DNA of 64,000 bases, taken from contig VBMG01000046.1 of assembly GCA_005878485.1 (NCBI GenBank), forward strand, positions 18-64,017, given 5' to 3'. Source of the DNA: Methanobacteriota archaeon (GTDB taxonomy: Archaea; Thermoplasmatota; Thermoplasmata; RBG-16-68-12). The position numbers were made by a program, and so were the translations under genes. The notes beneath the pieces were generated by a model. That model was not told the origin of the DNA. It did no database searches and was given only the letters and a program-made list of their open reading frames with translations. Below are positions 45,925-55,209 of this stretch, one piece after another; position 1 is the stretch's first letter; every line of letters starts with the position of its first letter.

Positions 45925-46872
45925 TCACGCGGCGAGCTCCGGTCGCGGGAGGAGGCCCGCGTCTTTCACGATCGCGGGCACGATTTCCTCCCACCCAATC
46001 GGCATGACGTGGACGCCGCGGACGCCTTCGATTTTCTTCAGGGCCTTGATCGTCCGGACCGCGATGCTGACGCCCTCCGACCGTGGATTCGGCGCCCGCT
46101 CCATCCGGTCCACGATCTGTTTTGGGACGACGACACCGAGTTTCTCGACCATGAACCGCGCCATCTTCGCAGACTTCAGCGGGATGACGCCCGCGAGGAT
46201 GAACACCTTGTCGTGGAGCCATTCCTTCCTGACGAGGCGCATCCACTCCTCGAATGCGTCGACGTCGAAGACGCCCTGCGTCTGGACGAAGTCGGCGCCG
46301 GCGGTGACCTTCCCGCGCAGCTTGCCGAACGATTCCTCCTTCGATCCGCGGAATGGGTCTGCGGCCGCGCCGATGAAGACCTTCGGCGCTTGGTCGACCT
46401 TCTCCCCGCCCCGCAGGACGCCGGTGTCGCGAAGCGCGCGGAAGGTCGAAATCATTTCCTCCGTGCTCAGGTCGTACACCCCTTTGGCGTCCTTCTCGTT
46501 GCCCGCGGTGGGCGGGTCTCCCCATAGGCAGAGCACGTTGCGAATCCCGAGGGCCGCGGCACCGAGGAGATCCGATTGGAGGCCGATGCGATTTCGGTCT
46601 CGGGAGACCATCTGCATGATCGGCTCGACGCCCTCTTGCAATGCAATCGTCGCGGCGGCCATCGAGGAGATCCGAACGAGGGCACGCTGGCCGTCGGTCA
46701 CGTTGCACGCATCCACCGTCCCGCGATACAGGGATGCATGTCTGCGGATCTCGGACGCGTCCACGGACGCAGGCGGCGCGATTTCCGCGGTCACCGCGAA
46801 CTCCCCGGAGGCGAGGATTCGTTCGAGATGGCTGCCCGCGCGGATCGCACGGCTCGCTACCTCCGCGGGCAT
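45925..46872 (-). CDS. metF: Methylenetetrahydrofolate reductase
   Basis: TAEIAPP, NVTDG, RDRNRIGLQSDLLGA, GDPP, GADFVQTQ. Confidence 0.9.
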   Translation of the reverse strand: MPAEVASRAIRAGSHLERILASGEFAVTAEIAPPASVDASEIRRHASLYRGTVDACNVTDGQRALVRISSMAAATIALQEGVEPIMQMVSRDRNRIGLQSDLLGAAALGIRNVLCLWGDPPTAGNEKDAKGVYDLSTEEMISTFRALRDTGVLRGGEKVDQAPKVFIGAAADPFRGSKEESFGKLRGKVTAGADFVQTQGVFDVDAFEEWMRLVRKEWLHDKVFILAGVIPLKSAKMARFMVEKLGVVVPKQIVDRMERAPNPRSEGVSIAVRTIKALKKIEGVRGVHVMPIGWEEIVPAIVKDAGLLPRPELAA

Positions 46873-46931
46873 CGCGCGCGGGAGTGCCGCGGGCGGTATC
46901 TAGCCTTCGGTCATTTGCATGAGGAAACCGT

Positions 46932-48083
46932 TTACCAACCGTACCGCTCGCACAGTTCGAGGGCGAGGATCATCCGATAGAATTCGCGCGCGTGAATTCC
47001 GAGCCACGGTTTACGGAGCAGCACGGACAAGATCATCCGCGGGTTGACGGAACGCCAATCCCGCCCGGCCAGTTCCGCGCCCACGGAATCCATCAAACGA
47101 TCACTCCATCGGCGAATCCGGTCGATCATCCAGAATAGGAGGGGGTCGAGGAACGGGGATGCTTTCATCGCCCGGTCGTACGCCATCATCGCCGTCGGAT
47201 CCTCCCGCTCCAACGCGGTCACGGCGACCTCACCGGCGATCCGCCCGCTGAAGATACCGGGATGAATCCCCGCCCCGTTCAGCGGGTTCGTGATGCCCCC
47301 TGCATCGCCGACAATGGCCAGGCCGGGCGCCGCCAGAGAGGTCAGGTCGTACCGCGCGGGGATCGAACCCGCAATGGTCTGTGTCTTTCGGTCCACGTCG
47401 ATTGCGAACTTGCGGCAAAACGCCACGGTCGCCGCGTGCGCGTCGATATGGCCTCCGGCCCCGACGTTCACGGAATCGCCTTTTGGGAAGATCCAGGCGT
47501 AGCCCCCGTTGTACACTTGGCCGATGTATAGGAGGAAGAACTCTGTTTCTAAGAGGGGGACGTCCTCGCGACGGAAACGATACTCGTACGCACCGATCCG
47601 TTCGAGGCTCCGAACAAGACCGGCCTGGCGCGCGACGAAACTTGCCGGCCCGTCCGCGCCGATCACGATGCGTGCGTCGATCGTCTCGCCCTTCGCCTCG
47701 ACCCGCCATCCTCCGTCGTGACGGGAAATCCCGGTGACCTTGGTGGACGTGTGGAGTTCGCCGCCATCATCGACGGCGCCATCGACGAGCCAGCGGTCGA
47801 ACGCCGCGCGGTCGAGCGCGTAGCCCGGGAGACGGGTGATGTAGAACCATTTTCCACTTGGCACGACGCACTTCGCGCCCGAGACGCGTTGCGCAATCCA
47901 TTCGTCCCGAGGCCGCAGTCCGTTCGACGTGAGTCCGAATTCGCTCACGCCTTCCGCGCACTGGACCGGCTCTCCGACGATCCGTTTCTTTTCGAGGACG
48001 ACGGTCCGGAAACCGGCTGCGGCGATTTGCCGCGCAGCCATGCCCCCGGAGGGTCCCGCGCCCACGACGACCGCGTCGTACAC
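46932..48083 (-). CDS. Geranylgeranyl reductase family flavoprotein
   Basis: VVGAGPSG, QCAEGV, LDRAAFD, GADG, GGYAWIFPK, GDAGG..NPL.GAGI. Confidence 0.88.
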   Translation of the reverse strand: MYDAVVVGAGPSGGMAARQIAAAGFRTVVLEKKRIVGEPVQCAEGVSEFGLTSNGLRPRDEWIAQRVSGAKCVVPSGKWFYITRLPGYALDRAAFDRWLVDGAVDDGGELHTSTKVTGISRHDGGWRVEAKGETIDARIVIGADGPASFVARQAGLVRSLERIGAYEYRFRREDVPLLETEFFLLYIGQVYNGGYAWIFPKGDSVNVGAGGHIDAHAATVAFCRKFAIDVDRKTQTIAGSIPARYDLTSLAAPGLAIVGDAGGITNPLNGAGIHPGIFSGRIAGEVAVTALEREDPTAMMAYDRAMKASPFLDPLLFWMIDRIRRWSDRLMDSVGAELAGRDWRSVNPRMILSVLLRKPWLGIHAREFYRMILALELCERYGW

Positions 48084-48117
48084 TCGGTGCCGAGAGGAAG
48101 TCGCGGCTATATCGGCC

Positions 48118-48645
48118 TTACGCGGTCGCCTCGGCGGGGAACCGCGCCGCGAGCTCGTCGCCGTGGGCCGTCGGCCGGTAGACGTACGGAGGCACGCCCC
48201 GTCGGATTGCCGGGCCGCGCTGCTTCGTGACGAGCCGGACGGCGGTGAGGACCCGAAGGCTATTCACGGTCGTGTATTCGGACAGGCCGAGTTCCTCGCT
48301 GATCTCCGTCGCGCTCGCATCCGGATGGTCGCGGATGAACCGGAGGACCGTGAGCGTGTTCCGGTCCAACGCCTCCGCGGTCTGCTTCTCTTGCGGTCTC
48401 GGCTCGAGCGCCAGCCGCTCGTATACCCGCTTCCCCTGCTCCGACGGCGAGACGACGACGTTCAGCAATGCGGTCTTCTCGATTTCGAGGAGGTGCTTCG
48501 CAACCGCGGCTGGCGCGATCCCCATCACGGCCGCCAGCTCCGGGATCTTTGAGTCGCGGTTCCGGTAGACTTTGTTCTCTACGACGATCGCGAGGACCTC
48601 TCGCTGACGTTCCGTGAGGAGGCGAGACCAGTCGCTAGAGTGCAT
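48118..48645 (-). CDS. Tandem winged-helix DNA-binding protein
   Basis: LTERQREVL…ELAAVMGIAPAAVAKHL and VLRFIRDHP..SATEISEELGLS…SLRVL; ATG at 48645. Confidence 0.8.
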   Translation of the reverse strand: MHSSDWSRLLTERQREVLAIVVENKVYRNRDSKIPELAAVMGIAPAAVAKHLLEIEKTALLNVVVSPSEQGKRVYERLALEPRPQEKQTAEALDRNTLTVLRFIRDHPDASATEISEELGLSEYTTVNSLRVLTAVRLVTKQRGPAIRRGVPPYVYRPTAHGDELAARFPAEATA

Positions 48646-48823
48646 CCGCGCAGCCAACGACGGAGCCCGTCTTAAGCGTTTTCGTGGAACGCCGCCGAAG
48701 GGTCTTTGTCTGACAACATCGGCGTACGATTCTGCGGTGCGCCGTGACGTGTCTGACGCCTCGGCGACCCGAGCGCTCAAGGCTTTTACGGCGAGGCCGT
48801 TTCTCGCTGCCGGTGGAATCCCG

Positions 48824-49723
48824 GTGGGCGAGCTGATCGATGGCAAGCGGATCGCCGACGATGTGCGCTCCGACCTGAAGCCGCGACTCGCACGTTTGTC
48901 CGCCGCCGGCGTCGTCCCGGGGCTGGCCGCGATCCTCGTCGGAGCGGACCCCGCATCGCAGCTGTACGTGAAGATGAAAGGCAAAGCATCCGAAGAAATG
49001 GGGATGGCCCATTGGACGACCGACTTTCCGGAGGACGTTCCGGAATCGCGACTCCTCCAAGAGATCGCCCGTCTCAACGAGGACCCGAAGGTCCACGGGA
49101 TTCTCGTCCAACAGCCGCTCCCCCATCAAATCTCCGTAGAGAAGGCGGTCTCGGCCGTGAGCCCGCGCAAGGACGTGGACTGCTTTCATCCGGAGAACGT
49201 CGGCCTCGTGCTGATCGGGCGTCCTCGGTTCGCGCCGGCAACGCCTTCCGGAGTCGTTGAGCTCCTCATGCGCAGCGGGAACGATCCGAGCGGTCAGGAT
49301 GTCGTGATCGTCGGCCGAAGCAACATCGTCGGGAAGCCGCTCGCGGCACTCCTGATGCAGAAAGCGCCAAAGGCGAACGCCACAGTGACGGTCGCTCACA
49401 GTGCGACGCGCGATCTCGCGGCCCACACGCGGCGCGCGGAAATACTCATCGCGGCGATGGGCTCGCCCCGAGTTATCAAGGCGGACATGGTGCGCCCGGG
49501 TGTCGTCGTGATCGATGTCGGCATCAATCGAGTTCCGGACCCGACGACAAAGAGTGGCTACCGGACCGTCGGCGACGTGGACTTCGATGGGGTCCAGGTC
49601 AAGGCGAAGGCGATTTCCCCGGTCCCGGGAGGGGTCGGCCCGATGACGATCGCGATGCTGTTGTCGAACACAGTGCTCGCGGCCGAACAGGCCTTGTCCG
49701 CAGGAGCCGAAGGTTCCGCGTAA
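48824..49723 (+). CDS. folD: Methylenetetrahydrofolate dehydrogenase/cyclohydrolase
   Basis: YVKMK, GILVQQPLP, KDVDCFHP.N, GRSNIVGKP, DVGINR, PVPGGVGPMT. Confidence 0.97.
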   Translation: MGELIDGKRIADDVRSDLKPRLARLSAAGVVPGLAAILVGADPASQLYVKMKGKASEEMGMAHWTTDFPEDVPESRLLQEIARLNEDPKVHGILVQQPLPHQISVEKAVSAVSPRKDVDCFHPENVGLVLIGRPRFAPATPSGVVELLMRSGNDPSGQDVVIVGRSNIVGKPLAALLMQKAPKANATVTVAHSATRDLAAHTRRAEILIAAMGSPRVIKADMVRPGVVVIDVGINRVPDPTTKSGYRTVGDVDFDGVQVKAKAISPVPGGVGPMTIAMLLSNTVLAAEQALSAGAEGSA

Positions 49724-49771
49724 CGGATATTATCCCGGCGTGTCTTACCGTTCTCTCGGGAGGGTGGCCAC

Positions 49772-50116
49772 TTGATCACGGGCGTCCAAGATGTCTACTA
49801 TGAAGTGCAGGACATGAAGCGCGCGGTCGCGTTCTATCGGGATGTGCTGGGTTTGCGCGTGACGGAGGAGAGCGAAGACTGGAGCGCCTTCAACGTGGGC
49901 GGGCTCCGCGTGGGACTCGACTCGACAGAAGGCAAGCCGACGCCGAAGCGGGCGATCTTGACCCTGAAGACGAACGACATCCGGGCCGATGCGAAGCGCC
50001 TTCGGGACAAGGGCATTCGGTTCGCCAGCGAAATCGGCGACTACGCTTGGGGCAGCGTGGTGACCTTCGAGGACTCGGAAGGCAACTTCCTCAAGCTGAT
50101 GCAGCCGCCGAAGTAA
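49772..50116 (+). CDS. VOC/glyoxalase family protein
   Basis: VQDMKRAVAFYRDVLGL…WG….FEDSEGN; TTG start with GGAGG. Confidence 0.87.
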   Translation: MITGVQDVYYEVQDMKRAVAFYRDVLGLRVTEESEDWSAFNVGGLRVGLDSTEGKPTPKRAILTLKTNDIRADAKRLRDKGIRFASEIGDYAWGSVVTFEDSEGNFLKLMQPPK

Positions 50117-50190
50117 GCGAGATGGGCGAGCCTCCGATCGGGAGTTCGCGAAACTAGAAATCCCGCGCCTCGCTTCCTCACACCCGTCCC

Positions 50191-51516
50191 ATGAACGTGC
50201 TGGTGGTCGGGGGAGGGGGCCGCGAGCATGCGATCGTGGAGGCGCTGCATCGCAACCACGCGGACATCTTTGCCGCGATGGCGAACCAGAATCCCGGGAT
50301 TCGACGGCGATCAAAGGATGTCCTCCTGGGCGACGTGACCGCGGTCGAGCGCATCGTCTCGTGGGCGAAGGAGCGTGCGGTCGATCTCGCGGTCATCGGC
50401 CCCGAGGCGCCGCTCGAGAAGGGGATCACGGATGCGCTGGAAGCCGCGGGGATCCCGACGGTCGGCCCGTCGCGCGAGGCGGCCCAACTCGAAACGAACA
50501 AGGAGTTCACGCGGGAGCTCATGCGACGCGAAGACATCCCCGGACGTCCGGAGTTTTGGGCGTTCGATGACCTCGGAGGGTTCGAAGAGTTCGTGAACGA
50601 CTCCGACTTCGAGTTCGTCATCAAGCCGCTCGGCCTGACGGGAGGGAAAGGCGTCCGAGTCTGGGGCGACCATTTCTCGACCAAGGCGGAAGCGCTCGCG
50701 TACGGTCGCGAAATCCTTGAGAAGAAAATCGGGGGCACATCGCGGTTCTTGGTCGAGGAGAAGCTCGTCGGTGAGGAGTTCTCCCTCCAAGCGTTTTGCG
50801 ACGGACGGACCCTCGTGCCGATGCCTCTCGCCCAAGACCACAAGCGCGCGTACGAAGGAGACAAAGGCCCGAACACAGGCGGTATGGGGTCGTACAGCAA
50901 CGCGGACCACCTGCTTCCCTTCCTGTCGAAGCAGGATTTCGATCAGGCCTTCGAGACGATGACGAGGACGATCCAGGCGATGGCTTCTCGGGGGACGCCG
51001 TTCAAAGGCATCCTGTACGGCGGCTTCATGGCGACGAACGACGGCCCGAAACTCCTCGAGTTCAACGTGCGATTCGCGGACCCGGAGTCGATGAACGTCC
51101 TGCCGATCTTCGAGGGCGATTTCCTCGATCTCTGCGGCCGCCTCGCGACAGGAAACCTGCCCGCCAGCGTGAAGTTCGCGCCCCAGGCGACCGTGTGCAA
51201 GTACGTCGTCCCCATGGGCTACGGCTCGCGCCCGAAGGCGGGGGAGCAGCTCAAGGTCGACGAAGAGAGCATCCGCCGCACCGGGGCGAAGCTCTTCTTT
51301 GCGAGCGTAGAGGGGAAGGGCGGGCATCTGTACACGACCACGTCTCGATCCCTCGCAGTCGTAGGAATCGCCGGGGACCTGGAGGAGGCCGAGTCGATCT
51401 CCGAGGAGGCTCTCGCGTTCGTCGCGGGGAGCTTCTACGCGCGACGCGACATCGGCAAGCCCGAAGTCGTCCAGCAAAAGGTCGAGCGGATGCAGAAGCT
51501 TCGACAAGGTCTCTGA
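50191..51516 (+). CDS. purD: Phosphoribosylamine--glycine ligase
   Basis: GGGGREHAI, IGPEAPL, GGKGV, QDHKR..EGDKGPNTGGMG, EFNVRF.DPE. Confidence 0.97.
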   Translation: MNVLVVGGGGREHAIVEALHRNHADIFAAMANQNPGIRRRSKDVLLGDVTAVERIVSWAKERAVDLAVIGPEAPLEKGITDALEAAGIPTVGPSREAAQLETNKEFTRELMRREDIPGRPEFWAFDDLGGFEEFVNDSDFEFVIKPLGLTGGKGVRVWGDHFSTKAEALAYGREILEKKIGGTSRFLVEEKLVGEEFSLQAFCDGRTLVPMPLAQDHKRAYEGDKGPNTGGMGSYSNADHLLPFLSKQDFDQAFETMTRTIQAMASRGTPFKGILYGGFMATNDGPKLLEFNVRFADPESMNVLPIFEGDFLDLCGRLATGNLPASVKFAPQATVCKYVVPMGYGSRPKAGEQLKVDEESIRRTGAKLFFASVEGKGGHLYTTTSRSLAVVGIAGDLEEAESISEEALAFVAGSFYARRDIGKPEVVQQKVERMQKLRQGL

Positions 51517-51568
51517 TTCCGTCGGCACCGAAGCAAAGTTTATCGCCCGACTGTTGGGTCCTGTGCGC

Positions 51569-51931
51569 ATGGAGAAAGGCACGGTACGAATCGGGTCGAT
51601 CGTGATCGACGTCAACGACTTCGATCGGATGATGGCGTTCTGGCAGGCGGCCCTTCGATACGTCCCGAGCAGGCCGCCGACTCCCGGAAACCCGTTCGTC
51701 ATCCTGAAGGACCCGGCCGGAAAGAGGCCCAACGTCTCCGTCGACGGGATGCCGCCCGAACGGGGCCGATTGCATCTCGACCTTTACACGGACGACCAGG
51801 AGGGGGAAGTCAATCGGTTGCTTGGCCTCGGCGCGACCCGCTACCGGCCGCGAGAGCCGGACGAGGACTTCGTCGTCCTCGAGGACCCCGAGGGCAACCT
51901 CTTCTGCGTGGTCGATACGCAGGGCCATTGA
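51569..51931 (+). CDS. VOC/glyoxalase-like protein
   Basis: IVID..D…AFW..AL…RLHLDL…LGA…VVLEDPEGNLFCV. Confidence 0.88.
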   Translation: MEKGTVRIGSIVIDVNDFDRMMAFWQAALRYVPSRPPTPGNPFVILKDPAGKRPNVSVDGMPPERGRLHLDLYTDDQEGEVNRLLGLGATRYRPREPDEDFVVLEDPEGNLFCVVDTQGH

Positions 51932-52140
51932 TCGGCCGACCGGCGAGGGGCGTCAGGTTCGACGTGCTCGAATCCGGGTTCTATCTTCGGGGAGGGGAGA
52001 GAAAACTCAATCTCTTCTTTGGCTCATGCCACGCGGTCACCCGACTTGTAACACCCATGTGGCGTCGACGACACCACTCGACTTGTGACGGAGCCTCTGC
52101 GGGCTAACCCTCAAATAACGAGATGGGCCATCCGCGCGCC

Positions 52141-52758
52141 GTGAAGAATCTCGACGAGGTCATCTCGGAGATCGAGGCGCGGTTGGACGAGAAAGACGAG
52201 GTCCGGGAGCTCACGATTAAGTCCTCTCGAACGATCGCGCGGCTGAGCGGCAGCGCAATCCAAGGCATGCACCGGGGCTTGGATGTTGCCGCGCAGCTCC
52301 GCGAGATTCGCGAAGAGATCCTGAAGCTCCGGAGCCTCCTGAAAGACCACGTGGACCTCTATCACACGGGGATCGTCGAGAACGCGATGCAAGAGGCGGG
52401 AGAGGCATTCCTTGTCCAGGCGATGCTGGAGCACGAGTCACTCCCGGGTCCCAAGGACCTCGGCCTGACGGACACGGCGTATCTCCTGGGGCTCGGAGAT
52501 GTCGTGGGCGAGTTGCGGCGATTCGCACTGGAGCATTTGCGGCGCGGCAACGTGACGCTGGCCTCGGCCTTCCTGGAGAAGATGGAGCGGATCTTGGACG
52601 CGCTCATGCGGTTCGACTACCCGACCGCGTTGGTCGCGCTGAAGCGGAAGCAAGATGTCGCGCGGAGTTTGATCGAGAAGACCCGCGGCGAGGTCGCCGT
52701 CGCGGCGCGGAGCCAGGAACTCGCGGACAAGCTCGATGCGGTCCGCGGGAAGCTGTAG
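52141..52758 (+). CDS. Translin family protein (archaeal C3PO-like)
   Basis: DEVRE…SR…S..AI..MH, QEAGEA, YLLGLGDVVGELRR, LKRKQDVAR..IEKT; start GTG 52141 or ATG 52123. Confidence 0.9.
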   Translation: MKNLDEVISEIEARLDEKDEVRELTIKSSRTIARLSGSAIQGMHRGLDVAAQLREIREEILKLRSLLKDHVDLYHTGIVENAMQEAGEAFLVQAMLEHESLPGPKDLGLTDTAYLLGLGDVVGELRRFALEHLRRGNVTLASAFLEKMERILDALMRFDYPTALVALKRKQDVARSLIEKTRGEVAVAARSQELADKLDAVRGKL

Positions 52759-52885
52759 GCAACTCGTTATCAGGCTCGATTTCGGGGTCGGAATTCATTT
52801 AAAAAGCCGCAGGCATCGAATCGTCCATTCGACCCAGCGAGGCCCCGCCCTCCCTCCTAGAGAGCGGGCTCGGGGGGACGTCACC

Positions 52886-53776
52886 ATGGCGGACATCCAG
52901 CGAGTGGCGAGCGGGATCCCTGGACTCGACGACCTGATCGAAGGCGGATTCTGGCCCAAGTCGACGGTCGTGATCTTGGGCTCGAGCGGGACGGGCAAGT
53001 CCACGTTCGCAATCCAGTTCCTGATGGAAGGGATCGAACAAGGTGAGCAGGCGCTGTACGTGACCCTCGAGGAACCGCCGGAACAGATCATGCGGGAGGC
53101 GGACTTGATGGGCTTCGACATGCGGAAGTACTACGAGAAGTCCCTGTTCTTCATCCACCTCAAGGGCCGCAATTTCAAGAAAATGATCGAGGAGCAGCTC
53201 CCGCAGCTCGTGAAGGCCCGCGCGGACTACAATATCGCGACGCGTGTCGTGATCGATCCGATGACGCCCGTGATCTGGGCCACTGCGGAGAAGTTGGAGC
53301 AGCGCGAGCTGATCGGCAAGCTGTTCTACACGCTCAAGGAACTCGGGGTCGTACTGTGTACGGTCGAAGAGCACGCGAAACCCGGCGAGACGATCGGCGA
53401 GGACGTCCTCCTGCCGATCTACTTGTCCGACGGGGCGATCCACCTCGAATATTATCCGATCGGCGGCGCGTTCAATCGGACCCTGAAGCTCCTCAAGATG
53501 CGGGGCGTCCATCACGGCGAAGGCGTGTATCCGTACTTGTTCGCGCGCGGCGTGGGTATCATCGTGCGCGCGAGCCCGACCGAGATCCCTGACGAACAGA
53601 CTCGAAGTCACGGGAAAGTGTTCGAAGACGCGGTCCGGACGGCAGAAGGGATGAAAGCCCCGCCGCGGGTCGTCGAGCGGATCCGACGGATGCAGAAGAG
53701 TTGGGATTACGACTATTCTCCGGAGGAAGCCCTCCAGATCCTGTTCAACTCGTACGGGCTGAAGCGGGGCGGCTAG
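52886..53776 (+). CDS. KaiC/RAD55-family ATPase with a C-terminal helical extension
   Basis: SGIPGLDDLIEGG, GSSGTGKS, TLEEPP, RVVIDP, YLSDG, LLKMRG; TTTAAAAA box at ~52798. Confidence 0.9.
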   Translation: MADIQRVASGIPGLDDLIEGGFWPKSTVVILGSSGTGKSTFAIQFLMEGIEQGEQALYVTLEEPPEQIMREADLMGFDMRKYYEKSLFFIHLKGRNFKKMIEEQLPQLVKARADYNIATRVVIDPMTPVIWATAEKLEQRELIGKLFYTLKELGVVLCTVEEHAKPGETIGEDVLLPIYLSDGAIHLEYYPIGGAFNRTLKLLKMRGVHHGEGVYPYLFARGVGIIVRASPTEIPDEQTRSHGKVFEDAVRTAEGMKAPPRVVERIRRMQKSWDYDYSPEEALQILFNSYGLKRGG

Positions 53777-54565
53777 ATGCCGTATGCCGGCCAAGTCGAC
53801 AAGACGATGGGCGCCGAAACGGTCGGCCATCTGAAGCTCCTCCTGGAGACGGAGTTGCGGCGGGCACGGGAGGAGAACCGCCTTGACATTGCGATGTTCT
53901 CCGGCGTCGACGGCCGCATCTTCTCATCGTCCATCCCGAACCAGCTCGATCCCCGCGAGTACCGCCTACTGAACCTCCTGAAGGGCAACCTGGCGCACAT
54001 CTGCAACCAGCTGAGCGGGCAGAACATGATGATGTCGGTCCAGCAGTTCGAGGCTGGCACAATCATCATTTCAGGCGTGGGGGACCGAGCGTTCCTCGTC
54101 TTCCTGACGACGAAGCCCGTCGAAATCACGAAGATGCAAGGGGTCCTCGCGAACGTCCTCAAGACGTCCATCGTCGTCCGCCATCTGTTCGAGTCCAAGC
54201 CGATCACCCCGGAGGTCCTCGCCTCATACGACGAGGCCGTCGCGGGGGAACTGAAGCGGCTCACCCGGATCTTGTTCGTCGAGAAGTTCGCCGAGACGAA
54301 GGAGTTCAAGAAGAACAAGGAGATCGCGCAGTACCTCCAGGCGAAGCTCGGTGCGCTCGTCGGACCCGGTCCCCTGCAGGAAATCGTCACGATGGCGTAC
54401 AACGAGGTCGGCACGACGGCCCCGTACATGACGGCGGCCCACTGGGAGCGGTTCGTGACGATCGTCGTCGACCGCCTGCGGGAACTCGAAGGGGACACTG
54501 TCGCCGCGAAGGCGGAGAAGGAATGGCGGGCGCGACTCAAGCAAGTCCTGAGCTCGTTCGTGTGA
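53777..54565 (+). CDS. Roadblock/profilin-like domain fused to a helical C-terminal domain (hypothetical)
   Basis: IAMFSGVDGRIFSSSIP…QFEAGTIIISGVGDRAFLVFL matches roadblock topology; abuts the ATPase stop codon. Confidence 0.7.
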   Translation: MPYAGQVDKTMGAETVGHLKLLLETELRRAREENRLDIAMFSGVDGRIFSSSIPNQLDPREYRLLNLLKGNLAHICNQLSGQNMMMSVQQFEAGTIIISGVGDRAFLVFLTTKPVEITKMQGVLANVLKTSIVVRHLFESKPITPEVLASYDEAVAGELKRLTRILFVEKFAETKEFKKNKEIAQYLQAKLGALVGPGPLQEIVTMAYNEVGTTAPYMTAAHWERFVTIVVDRLRELEGDTVAAKAEKEWRARLKQVLSSFV

Positions 54566-54587
54566 TGCACATGGCCGGAGGCTCCTC

Positions 54588-55208
54588 GTGATCGACGTTG
54601 CCCTCGCATCCCTAATCGAGGACATGATCGAGAAGGCGGGCGCCGATGGGGTCGTCGAGTTTTGGCAGCGCGTGGGGGACAACCTCGCGGGCCGGATGGG
54701 GAAGGAGGCGTACCTCGGGTGGACGTCCTTCAACGTGGCGGTGCGCGAAGCCCGCACGGCGTTCAGCATCGAGGGCGAGGTGACTCCGCTCACGGACATG
54801 GCGATCACGGACGTCGACGGCGACGTGGTCGGCTACCTGTACGCGATGCGACAGTGCTGCTACGTCCCCACGATCTTCCGGACTCGGTACGCGGTCGGCC
54901 GGATGAGTCCCGCGGACAAGACCGTGACGGACGAATACAACGAGAACGTCCACAACATCGCCGTGTGCAACTTCTGCGTCTTCCACGAGCGGTTCCGGGA
55001 AGAGATCGCGAAAAACATCACCGTCTCCGGGAACCCCCTCGCCTGCTTCTTGCTCGCGACCCGGGGCTGGAGCGGGGAGACGAAGATTTCTCCGAAGAAC
55101 GTCGCGCAGGTGAACATCAACGAGGACCATGTCCGGGCGCTCCTGCGGAACTACGAATGCGTGTACGCGCTCGTCCTCCGCGGGGCGCGCCTCAAGGGGG
55201 ACCGTTGA
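54588..55208 (+). CDS. Cys-rich hypothetical protein, V4R/HNOB-like fold suspected
   Basis: Helical N-terminus (G.DG…WQRVG..LA), QCCY, CNFCVFH, C-terminal ECVY; GGAGG upstream. Confidence 0.72.
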   Translation: MIDVALASLIEDMIEKAGADGVVEFWQRVGDNLAGRMGKEAYLGWTSFNVAVREARTAFSIEGEVTPLTDMAITDVDGDVVGYLYAMRQCCYVPTIFRTRYAVGRMSPADKTVTDEYNENVHNIAVCNFCVFHERFREEIAKNITVSGNPLACFLLATRGWSGETKISPKNVAQVNINEDHVRALLRNYECVYALVLRGARLKGDR

Positions 55209-55209
55209 G

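Noticed and set aside
43656-51516. Bacterial-type folate-dependent purN/purH/folD/metF cluster as a novelty
   Set aside because: Tetrahydrofolate-dependent C1 and purine enzymes are known in non-methanogenic euryarchaea; ordinary metabolism
52141-52758. Translin gene as part of the KaiC-roadblock operon
   Set aside because: Separated by ~127 nt containing a separate TATA box; linkage cannot be supported from this window alone
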